Assembly (NCBI GenBank): GCA_964534375.1
Contig: CAZHPN010000095.1
Coordinates: 1 to 21,826 of the forward strand
Direction: 5' to 3'
DNA from: an uncultured bacterium
Lineage (GTDB): Bacteria > Lernaellota > Lernaellaia > Lernaellales > Lernaellaceae
DNA length: 21,826 bases
Shown here: positions 1-11,293 of the stretch, piece after piece
Numbering within the stretch: position 1 is the stretch's first letter
Layout: every line of letters begins with the position of its first letter
The notes under the pieces: generated by a model
What the model saw: only the letters and a program-made list of their open reading frames with translations
Database searches by the model: none
What the model was told of the DNA's origin: nothing
Program-made: the position numbers and the translations under genes

Positions 1-4
1 CGCG

Positions 5-51
5 TGAAATCTTTGCACCAGAACAAGAAACAAAGGAATAGTAGTACAGAG
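5..51 (+). repeat. Dispersed AT-rich repeat, copy 1 (possible end of a MITE/IS extending off the window)
   Basis: Ungapped 33/47 identity, counted by hand, to the reverse complement of 21494-21540. Its core CTTTGCACCAGAACAAGA matches 19429-19446 at 16/18. Confidence 0.5.
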
Positions 52-63
52 GCCGGACAGCAT

Positions 64-124
64 GGGAAAATCGCGAATGTCATCATTTTGATGCCGCGAA
101 AATGATGACATTCGCGATTTTCCC
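64..124. repeat. Perfect 26-bp inverted repeat with 9-nt loop (REP/MITE-like, possible terminator of the ace-AKR operon)
   Basis: GGGAAAATCGCGAATGTCATCATTTT (64-89), loop GATGCCGCG (90-98), AAAATGATGACATTCGCGATTTTCCC (99-124). Lies about 50 nt downstream of the AKR stop codon. Confidence 0.92.
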
Positions 125-163
125 CTCTGTGCGCTCTGTGTGCTCTCTCTGCGTCCTCTGTGT
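124..163 (+). repeat. Degenerate 9-nt repeats with a CTCTGYG core, 4 units
   Basis: cctctgtgc (124-132), gctctgtgt (133-141), tctctgcgt (146-154), cctctgtgt (155-163). Confidence 0.7.
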
Positions 164-173
164 TTAAAATTGC

Positions 174-1142
174 TCATTCCGCCGGCGGCGGCACGAGGAA
201 CAAGTCGGCCGTCAGTTTGTTGAGCCGCTCGATTTCGTCGTCGGTCAGGGCGAACGCGGCGGCGCCGACGTTGTCGGCGACCTGCCCCGGGTTCTTCGCG
301 CCGACGACGGCCGCGGCCACGACGCGATGGCGCAGCACCCAGCGGATCGCCACGCACGGCAGCGTCGTGTCGCGGGCGGCCGCCATTTTCTTGATCGGGC
401 CGATCACGCCCAGCGCCTTCCGCAACGGTTTGCGCTGGAAGAGCGGCAGGCGGCTGCGCCAATCGCCGGCTTTGAGTTTGAGGCGCGTGTTGTACCGGCC
501 GCCGAGCAGGCCGAAGGCAAGCGGCCCGAAGGCGACAAACGAAATCTCGTTGTCCTCGCAAAACGGCAGCACCTCCTCTTCGGGCTCGCGGCAGAAGAGA
601 TGGTACTCGTTTTGCACGGCGTCGACCGGCCCCGCGCACATCGCGGCTTGAATTTGCGCGACGGTCACGTTCGACAGCCCGGCGGCGCGAATCTTCCCCT
701 CGGTTTTCATCTTCAGCAGTTCGCCGAAGCTGTCGCACAGGGGCGTTTCGCCGTCGAACCGGTGAAGGTAATACAGATCGATCGTCTCGCGGCCGAGGCG
801 GCGCAAGCTCGCCTCCAGCGCCCGCCGCATGTACTCCGGCCGGTTGTTGACGCGAATCCGCACCTTCGTCGCGGCGTCCCACTCGTTGCCGCCCTTGGTG
901 GCGATCAAGGTCTCGCCCGGATGCCCGCGCAGGGCCTCGCGAATCAATTCCTCGGAGCGGCCGAAGCCATAGATGTCGGCCGTATCGATGAAGTTGACGC
1001 CGAGTTCGACCGCCCGCCGCACGACCGCAACGCCGTCGTCCTCGGAAAGATTCTCGTAAAGATTGTGGCCGCCGACGGCGTTGGTTCCCAAGCCTACTTC
1101 GGTGACGCGAAGGGCGGTGCGGCCCAACCTGCGTGTATTCAT
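174..1142 (-). CDS. Aldo/keto reductase (IolS/YhdN-like)
   Basis: 322 aa. GLGTNAVGG, FIDTADIYGFG (catalytic Asp/Tyr), IATKGG (Lys), IDLYYLH (His), GKIRAAGLSN, PLAFGLL. Confidence 0.95.
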   Translation of the reverse strand: MNTRRLGRTALRVTEVGLGTNAVGGHNLYENLSEDDGVAVVRRAVELGVNFIDTADIYGFGRSEELIREALRGHPGETLIATKGGNEWDAATKVRIRVNNRPEYMRRALEASLRRLGRETIDLYYLHRFDGETPLCDSFGELLKMKTEGKIRAAGLSNVTVAQIQAAMCAGPVDAVQNEYHLFCREPEEEVLPFCEDNEISFVAFGPLAFGLLGGRYNTRLKLKAGDWRSRLPLFQRKPLRKALGVIGPIKKMAAARDTTLPCVAIRWVLRHRVVAAAVVGAKNPGQVADNVGAAAFALTDDEIERLNKLTADLFLVPPPAE

Positions 1143-1201
1143 CTTTTTTCGATCCGCGAAACGGCGGCAGGGGCCGCGCGGTTCGCCCTTAATTTGCCGG
1201 A

Positions 1202-2344
1202 TCAGACGATCTTTTCTTCCGGTATTTTTTCGACAAACTGCAACCCGAGCCGGGCCGCGTCATATTCCTCGCCGAGCAGGTGGTGATACGGCACGCCCGA
1301 GAAAAAGTGGTGACTCTTGCTCGGGAAGTCGCCGCCGTTGCCGAATTCCTTCTTCTGCAACTCGATGTAGCCCTGGTGCTTCGCTTTGAGCATGTCCTGC
1401 AGGAGGACGCTGAAGCCGTAGCTCGTCGCGTGCTGGCCGCCGAGCGTGATGAAGATGAACTTCACGCCCATCTCGCCGAGTTGGTCGAAGGTCAACGGGT
1501 TCTGGTCCTGGAACCATTTGAACGACGAGCTGTAGTTGAACGCGAATTTCGCGTCGGGAAAACGCTTGCGCACTTCGCTGGTGAATTTCTCGAGCGGCCC
1601 GCGATCCGCCGTCGGAAACTCGCACCAGACCATGTCGGGAATGCCCGTGTCGAGGTACGACAGCGCGCGTCCGACCGCCAGATCCATGCCGCGTTCGCTC
1701 TCCGGCGCGTCGACGGCGGAAATGCCGTCGGTGCGCGCGATGATGACGAAATCCTTGTTGCCCAGGTCGTCGGCGACCGCCCGCATGATCCGCAACTTGC
1801 CGATCATTTCGGTGGTCGAGATCAGCGCCTTGCCGCCGATGTGCCCGCAACGCTTCGGCAGCACCTGATCTTCCAGGTGCGCCGCGGCGACGCCGGCGGT
1901 CACGTACATTTCGGTCGTGCGCTGAACGTTGAACATATTGCCGTAGCCGCCGTCCATGTCAATGATCACGGGCGGGATGTCGAGGTGCCGCGGCGGGACG
2001 CCCTTGCCCGGTTCGCCGACGGCCATCGTCAATTGGAAATGGCGCAGGGCGCTGACCGTGCGGCGCGCGGCGTCGGCGATTTCGGTGCTGGAATAAAGGT
2101 CCATGTCGGTCGAGCCGACGTGGCCCATCGCAAACGAATAACCGCTGAAATAGATGGCCTTGAAGCCGTAGTACATCACCAATTGGGCGGTCATCGGGTC
2201 GTACACGCCCGGGCCGAACACGTAGGGCTCGGTTTTCAACAGCCGTTTCAGCCGCGTGCTCGGGTGCTCGAAGCGCGATTTCGGGACCGTGAAGCCGCTG
2301 GGCAGCAACGCGCTCTCGACCAGTTCCATTTTTTCCTTTGCCAT
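1202..2344 (-). CDS. aceA: Isocitrate lyase (short, KRCGH-type)
   Basis: Start moved to ATG 2344 (MAKEK), preceded by AGGAGA. ICL/PEP-mutase motifs DMDGGYG, HLEDQ, KRCGH and IIARTD, plus ICL-specific C-terminal AFNYSSSFKW and KFIFITL. Directly downstream of malate synthase. Confidence 0.85.
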   Translation of the reverse strand: MAKEKMELVESALLPSGFTVPKSRFEHPSTRLKRLLKTEPYVFGPGVYDPMTAQLVMYYGFKAIYFSGYSFAMGHVGSTDMDLYSSTEIADAARRTVSALRHFQLTMAVGEPGKGVPPRHLDIPPVIIDMDGGYGNMFNVQRTTEMYVTAGVAAAHLEDQVLPKRCGHIGGKALISTTEMIGKLRIMRAVADDLGNKDFVIIARTDGISAVDAPESERGMDLAVGRALSYLDTGIPDMVWCEFPTADRGPLEKFTSEVRKRFPDAKFAFNYSSSFKWFQDQNPLTFDQLGEMGVKFIFITLGGQHATSYGFSVLLQDMLKAKHQGYIELQKKEFGNGGDFPSKSHHFFSGVPYHHLLGEEYDAARLGLQFVEKIPEEKIV

Positions 2345-2400
2345 TTGCCGTCTCCTTTTTCGCCGGGCGAGAATCGCTTCGTCGCCGGCCGGCGGGCCGA

Positions 2401-3957
2401 TCACACCGGATCGAACCAGCACTTGGCGATCATTTCTTCGCTGCGGCGCCGCGCCTCGCGATACCGGTCGCGCGTTTTCGCGTCGGCGTCGGGCGGCAGC
2501 GCCGCGAGAATTTTTTCCAGTTCTTCATCGTAAAGGCGGCTGACGAACGCCGCCGTGTGGTCCACCGTTTTGCCGTTGTCTTCAATGGCGACGCGGCCGG
2601 CGTGCCGGATGCGCTGCGCGAGCATCAGGCGATAAATGCGGTCGGTCGCCAGGTCTTCCATATAGCCGTTGATCAGGCTCGCGCCTTTGCCCGAGAGCAC
2701 GCCGAAGCGGTACAAAATGGTCGTGCGCGCCGCGGCGCGCGAGCCGTCGACGGTCCGCCGGCCGACGCCGGCCGGGGGCACGCGCAGTTCCGGATAGCGG
2801 TCGTACGCGGGGTCCCATTTGCCTAGCTGATTGGGCACGGGGAATTGCTCGAGCGCGATGCGGTTTTGATCGGGGTGGCCCGTCCACGCGCCGTCCATAC
2901 CGCAGACCGCTTCGTTCTTCTTGTCTTCGGCCAGCACTTTCAGCGCCCGCGCGTTGAGCTCGGCGTCGACGCGGCTCGGGTACAGCGCGGTCATGCCGCC
3001 GATCGCCAGCGCGCCGTGGCGGTGGCACAGTTGCGGAATCCGCAGCCGCAGGTTCTGGAAGAACGTCACATCGTGCGGAATCGTGTTGCGGTCGGGCAGC
3101 ACCCAATTGGGGTCGTTGAGATTGAAATGGATGAGGCTCGCCATGTAATCCCAACGGCCCAGGTTCAGGCCGAGGATGTGCTCGCGCATATGATAAAGGA
3201 ATTCCTCGAATTCGTAGGCCATCGGGAACGATTCCACCAACGCCATCGCCTTGATGTAGTCGCGCTCCCAGCCGCGGGCGGCCGCGATGTCCTGAAACAA
3301 CGCGGTCCACCATTTGCCCTCGTCGGCCGATTCGGTTTTCGGAATATAAAACGACAAATTGTGCTTGAGTTTGCCGCGCTCGGCGCGAAACGCCAGCAGC
3401 GCGACGTCGAACGCCGACGCCGACGTCAACTCGCCGTTGGGCAATGTGCCGGCCTGGCTCAGGTGCAGGCCGCGCGCCCGCACGAAAATGACTGTCTTGC
3501 TCGGCTTGATGCGCAACGCTTCGTCGCCCTTGCAGCACCAACTCAGATCGCCATAGAGCGCAGCGACGGCGTTCGCGTGGCCTTCCATCAAATTGCCCCA
3601 CGTGTTCGCCATCGAATCTTCAAGGTCGAGCATGACGCCCGGCGCGCCGGAATTGAGCATCTTGACCGACAGCTCGGCGTCGTCCACCGGCCCGGTCATC
3701 TGGTTGCGCTGATCGAGCACCCACTCCGGCAGGTTGACGCGCCATTCGCTTCTCGTGATCTCCGACGGCAACAAGTAATGGGGATATTCGCCTTCCTGCG
3801 ACGCGGCGAGCCGCGCCGCGCGGGCCGCGACCAACTTGTCGCGCCACGGCGTGAACTTTTGATGAAGGGGCAGATAGAAATCCCAAAAACCGGCCGGCAA
3901 ATCGCGCCGCGGGTCGAAGCCGGCGGGCGCGGCGTTCATGCGGGAATCGAAGGCCAT
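2401..3957 (-). CDS. aceB: Malate synthase (A-type)
   Basis: Start at ATG 3957 (MAFDSR) with GAGGAG RBS, 518 aa. MLDLEDS, FVRARGLHL, FYIPKTE, GLNLGRWDY, AIGGM, GAWTGHP, MEDLAT. Confidence 0.93.
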   Translation of the reverse strand: MAFDSRMNAAPAGFDPRRDLPAGFWDFYLPLHQKFTPWRDKLVAARAARLAASQEGEYPHYLLPSEITRSEWRVNLPEWVLDQRNQMTGPVDDAELSVKMLNSGAPGVMLDLEDSMANTWGNLMEGHANAVAALYGDLSWCCKGDEALRIKPSKTVIFVRARGLHLSQAGTLPNGELTSASAFDVALLAFRAERGKLKHNLSFYIPKTESADEGKWWTALFQDIAAARGWERDYIKAMALVESFPMAYEFEEFLYHMREHILGLNLGRWDYMASLIHFNLNDPNWVLPDRNTIPHDVTFFQNLRLRIPQLCHRHGALAIGGMTALYPSRVDAELNARALKVLAEDKKNEAVCGMDGAWTGHPDQNRIALEQFPVPNQLGKWDPAYDRYPELRVPPAGVGRRTVDGSRAAARTTILYRFGVLSGKGASLINGYMEDLATDRIYRLMLAQRIRHAGRVAIEDNGKTVDHTAAFVSRLYDEELEKILAALPPDADAKTRDRYREARRRSEEMIAKCWFDPV

Positions 3958-4188
3958 GATTCGTCTCCTCGGTAGTGCTGTTCCCGTGTGTCTTTGGAGC
4001 GCGGAAAAGCCTTCGCATTCAAAGGCCGGCATCCGCTGTTTTCATTTGACAAGGTAAGTCCGGCCGCGACGAAATCCAGACCAGCCGGCGTTTTTTGCGG
4101 CGCCGCAGGCCGGTATTTACGCCGCGAAGACGGCAGGAATGCGAAGAAGGCGGAGCCCTCTTGTCGCCTCCACCTTTCCTTTGCGCCC

Positions 4189-4220
4189 GACGCCGGCCCC
4201 GAGCGAAGTCGAGGGGCGTC
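4189..4220. repeat. Short REP-like palindrome in the divergent intergenic region
   Basis: GACGCC (4189-4194) pairs with GGCGTC (4215-4220), enclosing CCCCGAGCGAAGTCGAGGGG. An imperfect hairpin GAAGGCGGAG...CTCCACCTTTC lies just upstream. Confidence 0.5.
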
Positions 4221-4334
4221 TTTGCGGTGAAAAGATCCGGCCGAAATTCACGCCGGGAAAGCGCCGGCGCAAAACCGTTGCGGGATGACGACGCGTGTGA
4301 GAAAATAACGCAACTTCACAGACCGGAGGCGAAC

Positions 4335-4877
4335 ATGGCGGCGGTTTTGTCCAAGGCGGTCGAGCAGTATCGCAAGGTGATGCTGGCGCTCGCGGCGATC
4401 CATCTCGTCGTGCTGCTGCTGGTGATTTTCACGCCCGGCGGCATTATCTGGTTTTTCAACGCGGTTTCCCGCGTCGTGGCGCCGCACGCCGTGGCGCCCA
4501 ACATCTCGCAAATCCCGGCCGATCACTATTTCTACGACACGTACAACAAAGAAATTGCCAAACCCGAGGGGCTCACCACGCTGCCGAACCACGCATTCTA
4601 TCAGGCCATGGCCGCCTCCTATCTCGCCATCGTCGTGCTGATTGCCGGCTTGAATTTCTTCGACCCCGAACGGAACGCCCCATTGGCGCCGCTGCTTCTG
4701 GTCGGCAAGGCCGTCGGCGGTTTATACGGCCTCGGCTTCTATCTCTGGAGCCACCACTATTTGGTGAACTTGCTCCTGCCGATCGTCGATTGGCCGGTCG
4801 TCCTGCTCGTCCTCGTGGTTTGGATGCGAGCGAAAACGGCGCTGACCGCGCCGGCCGGGGCGCCGCCGGCGGCATGA
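4335..4877 (+). CDS. Hypothetical membrane protein (about 4 TM helices)
   Basis: ATG 4335 (MAAVLSK) with GGAGG RBS, 180 aa, several long hydrophobic segments. Its stop overlaps the next start (ATGA). Confidence 0.85.
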   Translation: MAAVLSKAVEQYRKVMLALAAIHLVVLLLVIFTPGGIIWFFNAVSRVVAPHAVAPNISQIPADHYFYDTYNKEIAKPEGLTTLPNHAFYQAMAASYLAIVVLIAGLNFFDPERNAPLAPLLLVGKAVGGLYGLGFYLWSHHYLVNLLLPIVDWPVVLLVLVVWMRAKTALTAPAGAPPAA

Positions 4878-5626
4878 TTCCGTTCACGTGCCTCGCGGCG
4901 GACGGGGTGACGATTGCCGGCGCGATTTTCCCCGCCCCGTCGCCGAGCCGCGGGGCCGTTGTCGTCGCGCACGGCCTCCCCGCCGGCAAACCGCCGTCCG
5001 ACGCCGAACCCGACGAGGGCTACCCCGGCCTCGCTCGAAAAATCGCCGCGCTGGGTTTAGATACGGCGATCTTCAATTTCCGCGGCACGGGCGAAAGCGG
5101 CGGGCACCTGGACATTGACCTCTGGCCGCTCGACCTGGGCGCCGTGCTCGATCATCTGGATCGCTCGGAACTTCGCCGCCCGCGCTACGCGGTGGTCGCC
5201 TTTTCCGCCGGCGGCGCCGCGGCGATCACACGCAGCGCCGACGACGCACGCCTCGACCCGCTGATCGGCATGGCCGCGCCGGCCGATTACGGGTTTCTGC
5301 CGCTGGGCACGGACGCCGAGGCGTGGTTCCAGTTTTACCGCAAGCTGGGCATGATCCGCCCCGGTTACCCGGGAACCGCGGCGGAGTGGGCGGCGCGTTT
5401 CCGGCGCGTCGCGCCGCGCGAGGCGATCGCGCGCTCGCAGGCGAAAGCGATCCTGCTGGTGCACGGCGAGGCGGATGAAACCGTGCCCGTCGCGCATGCG
5501 TATGAACTGCAGCGCGCCGCCGGCCGTCCAGTTGAACTCAGGATTTTGCCGGGCGTCGGCCACCAGTTGCGTCGCGACTCGCGGGGCGTGGATGCGATGA
5601 TCGAAATTCTGCGGCAACGCGGGTGA
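4874..5626 (+). CDS. Alpha/beta hydrolase (serine hydrolase)
   Basis: ATG 4874 overlaps the upstream TGA. VVAHG, FNFRGTGESGG, nucleophile elbow AFSAGG, VHGEADETVP (Asp), GVGH (His). Confidence 0.92.
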   Translation: MIPFTCLAADGVTIAGAIFPAPSPSRGAVVVAHGLPAGKPPSDAEPDEGYPGLARKIAALGLDTAIFNFRGTGESGGHLDIDLWPLDLGAVLDHLDRSELRRPRYAVVAFSAGGAAAITRSADDARLDPLIGMAAPADYGFLPLGTDAEAWFQFYRKLGMIRPGYPGTAAEWAARFRRVAPREAIARSQAKAILLVHGEADETVPVAHAYELQRAAGRPVELRILPGVGHQLRRDSRGVDAMIEILRQRG

Positions 5627-5686
5627 TCGTTTGGCGCTTTGAGCAGTTCGGCGTCGCGTGTTATTGTTGATTCGCGAGGCTGGAAA

Positions 5687-6020
5687 ATGGAACTTAGACC
5701 CCCGATCGACGATGCTGTCCTGCAAGAAATGGTGACGCGCCTCGTGACGGCGTTTCGCCCGTTGCGCATCTATTTGTTTGGTTCGCGCGCCCGCGGCGAG
5801 GCGACCGAAGACAGCGATTACGATTTGCTCGTGATCGTTGCCTCGTCGGACCAGCCGCAATACAGGCGTGCGATGGCGGCAGTTTACGCGTTGGGGGACA
5901 TTTGAGTCTCGGCTGACGTGCTGGTTTGGGTGGCGGCAGATTTTGACGGGAGAGCGCAGCCAGCAGCCTCGCTGCCCGCGACAGTCGATCGTGCAGGGCC
6001 GATTTTTGTATGCTGCCTGA
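5687..6020 (+). pseudogene. Minimal nucleotidyltransferase (MNT) antitoxin, disrupted
   Basis: IYLFGSRARGEATEDSDYDLLVIV motif. In-frame TGA at 5903-5905, after which MNT-like sequence continues (VSADVLVW...SLPATV). Removing C5994 restores the ending DREGRFLYAA* (TGA 6018-6020). Confidence 0.88.
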
Positions 6021-6123
6021 AAAACAATAAGAGGTCGGCGCGTGGCTGGCCAAAGCCAGCAGTGATCTGCGAGCCGCTGACCTGGATTTGAAGGCGTCGC
6101 CGCCGATTATTGAAGATGCCCTG
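6010..6123 (+). pseudogene. HEPN-domain toxin N-terminal remnant
   Basis: ATG 6010 overlaps the MNT end and reads MLPEKQ*EVGAWLAKASSDLRAADLDLKASPPIIEDAL. WLxKAxxDLxAA is the usual HEPN first helix. TAA at 6028-6030, and similarity stops before the expected FHxQQxxEK. Confidence 0.78.
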
Positions 6124-6238
6124 GTCTCAAGAAACGGCTTGGTCTTTAGCCGGGGCCCAGGAAGCTATCGCGCCGCCGCGCTTGACGAAAACCCGGCGAT
6201 AGCGCTCTACTAGCCGTCCAAATATTGTGGGGCGCGCC

Positions 6239-6694
6239 ATGATTGACGGCGTCAAAACCAAGAAACTGACGGTCATCCCCGACGAACGCGGGCGGCTGAT
6301 GGAAATCCTGCGCGCCGACGACGAGATTTTCGAGGCGTTCGGGCAGGCGTACATCACCACCGGCTATCCGGGCGTGGTGAAGGCGTGGCACTGCCACAAA
6401 ATCCAGAACGACAATTTCTGCGTCGTCGCCGGCATGCTCAAGGTCGTGCTCTACGACGCGCGCGAGAACAGCCCGACGCACGCCGAAGTCAACGAATTTT
6501 TCCTGGGCGTGCACAACCCGTTGGTCCTGCGCATTCCGGCCGGCGTCTATCACGGCTTCAAGTGCATCAGCGAGACCGAGGCGCTGTGCCTCAACATCCC
6601 GACGCGTCCCTATAATTATCGCGAACCCGACGAATACCGTCTGCCGCCGCACACCGATCGGATTCCGTACGACTGGGCCCGCAAGGACGGCTGA
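6239..6694 (+). CDS. rmlC: dTDP-4-dehydrorhamnose 3,5-epimerase family cupin (RmlC-like)
   Basis: MIDGV start, [42 protein letters not shown]. Confidence 0.85.
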   Translation: MIDGVKTKKLTVIPDERGRLMEILRADDEIFEAFGQAYITTGYPGVVKAWHCHKIQNDNFCVVAGMLKVVLYDARENSPTHAEVNEFFLGVHNPLVLRIPAGVYHGFKCISETEALCLNIPTRPYNYREPDEYRLPPHTDRIPYDWARKDG

Positions 6695-6722
6695 GCGGCG
6701 TGAAAGAGGTTTTTCCCGGCCC

Positions 6723-9923
<3,201 letters not shown>

Positions 9924-9925
9924 CC

Positions 9926-11260
9926 ATGCCGACGAAAGACAAAACCGACGCCACGGCCCCGGCCGCCCGGCTGGCCGACGAGTTGCTGTACCTGCGCGAA
10001 ATTTCGCAGGCGATCAGCGAAGGCGCCGCGTTGGATTGGCTGTTCCGCCGCATCGTCGAAATCGTCGCCGAATCGCTCGATGTCGACATCGTCAGTTTGA
10101 TGCTGGTCGAGGCGGACGTCGAACTCGGCAAAGACGTCTTGCGCATCAAGGCGGCGCGCGGCCTCGCCGACGAGATCGTCCGTGACGCCCGCGTGGAATT
10201 GGGCTGCCAGATCAGCGGCCTGGTCGCGGCCAACGGCCAGGCGTTGCTGCTCAACGATGTCGAAAGCTCCGGCCTGGGCGTCGCCGCGAGCCGCCCGCGC
10301 TACCGCGGCAAAGGTTTGCTATCGGCGCCGATCAAAGCGCGGGCGCAGATCATCGGCGTGCTCAACGTCAACAACAAAACGGCCGGCGGCGTGTTCGACG
10401 AGCGCGATCTGGCGCTGCTGACCACGTTGTGCAGCCAGGCCGGCCTCGCCATCGACAACACCCGGCTGTTCGAGGACTTGCGCGCGCACGCCGGCCGGCT
10501 TGCGGCGCTCAACGCGCAACTCGACCGCGTCAACCAGGCCAAAAGCGAGTTGATCGTCAACCTGTCGCACGAGATCAAAACGCCGCTGACGACGATCCAG
10601 GGCTACGTCGAATTGCTGCGCACCGGCCTGATCAGCCCCCTCAAGGTCCCCGAGGTGCTAGCCAAAGTGCAGGAACGCAGCCGGCATTTGAGCCGGCTCG
10701 CCGAACGCCTGATCGCTTTCTTTGCGCTCGATTCCGGTTCCGCCAAGTTCTTGCCGGAGTCGTTCCCGATCAACGTTTTGATTCGGGAATGCGCCGACGA
10801 GTTGCGCAGCCGCGCCGCGGCGAAGCAGGTCGCCATCGAGATCGACGACAACTCGTTGCGCCTCGTCGCCTGGGCGGATCGCATGCACTACCGCGAGGCC
10901 CTGTCGTCGTTGCTGGACAATGCGGTCAAGTTCAACGTCAAAGGCGGCGCGGCCCGCATTTACGGCGCGGCGGCCGTCGGCCAGGGCGGGGCGCCGCTGC
11001 TGGAAATCTTCGTGCAAGACGGCGGCCCGGGCATTCCGGAGAATCTGCAGGAAGCGATCTTCGAGGATTTCAAGCAGACCGACGACATCATGTGCGCCAA
11101 GCCCGACGGCCTCGGTCTCGGGCTGGCGATCGCCCGCGCCGTCGGCCAGGCGCATCAATGCCGCCTGCGCCTCGTCCGCTCCGGCCCCGCGGGCTCGGTG
11201 TTCGGGATGACGATTCCGCTGGACGCCAGCGCCGGCGGTGAACGGAATCCAGCCCGCTGA
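9926..11260 (+). CDS. GAF-domain sensor histidine kinase (soluble, orphan)
   Basis: ATG 2 nt after the secA stop. GAF domain (LLSAPIK...IGVLNVNNK...FDERDL), H-box SHEIKTPL, N-box LLDNAVKF, G1 DGGPGI, F-box IFEDF, G2 GLGLGLAI. No TM segment seen. Confidence 0.93.
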   Translation: MPTKDKTDATAPAARLADELLYLREISQAISEGAALDWLFRRIVEIVAESLDVDIVSLMLVEADVELGKDVLRIKAARGLADEIVRDARVELGCQISGLVAANGQALLLNDVESSGLGVAASRPRYRGKGLLSAPIKARAQIIGVLNVNNKTAGGVFDERDLALLTTLCSQAGLAIDNTRLFEDLRAHAGRLAALNAQLDRVNQAKSELIVNLSHEIKTPLTTIQGYVELLRTGLISPLKVPEVLAKVQERSRHLSRLAERLIAFFALDSGSAKFLPESFPINVLIRECADELRSRAAAKQVAIEIDDNSLRLVAWADRMHYREALSSLLDNAVKFNVKGGAARIYGAAAVGQGGAPLLEIFVQDGGPGIPENLQEAIFEDFKQTDDIMCAKPDGLGLGLAIARAVGQAHQCRLRLVRSGPAGSVFGMTIPLDASAGGERNPAR

Positions 11261-11261
11261 C

Positions 11262-11293
11262 GAGTCCGCGGGCGGCGGCGCCGCGGCCGACTC
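11262..11293. terminator. GC-rich hairpin between convergent genes
   Basis: GAGTC/GACTC and CCGCGG/CCGCGG pairing fills the gap between the two stops. No U-tract, so terminator function is uncertain. Confidence 0.3.

Noticed and set aside
1202..2344. Calling the lyase prpB because of KRCGH
   Set aside because: The ICL-specific C-terminal motifs and adjacent malate synthase, with no prpC or prpD, favour isocitrate lyase.
327..3975. Long + strand ORFs (327..1286, 1280..2533, 2845..3975)
   Set aside because: Antisense shadows of the AKR, aceA and aceB, which carry the conserved motifs.
5903..5905. In-frame TGA as selenocysteine or a recoded codon
   Set aside because: TGA ends most genes here, and the same locus also has a frameshift, a TAA and a truncation, which indicates decay.
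6182..6213. TTGACG as a -35 box for rmlC-secA
   Set aside because: No acceptable -10 at 16-18 nt spacing. The nearest candidate, TACTAG, is 20 nt away.
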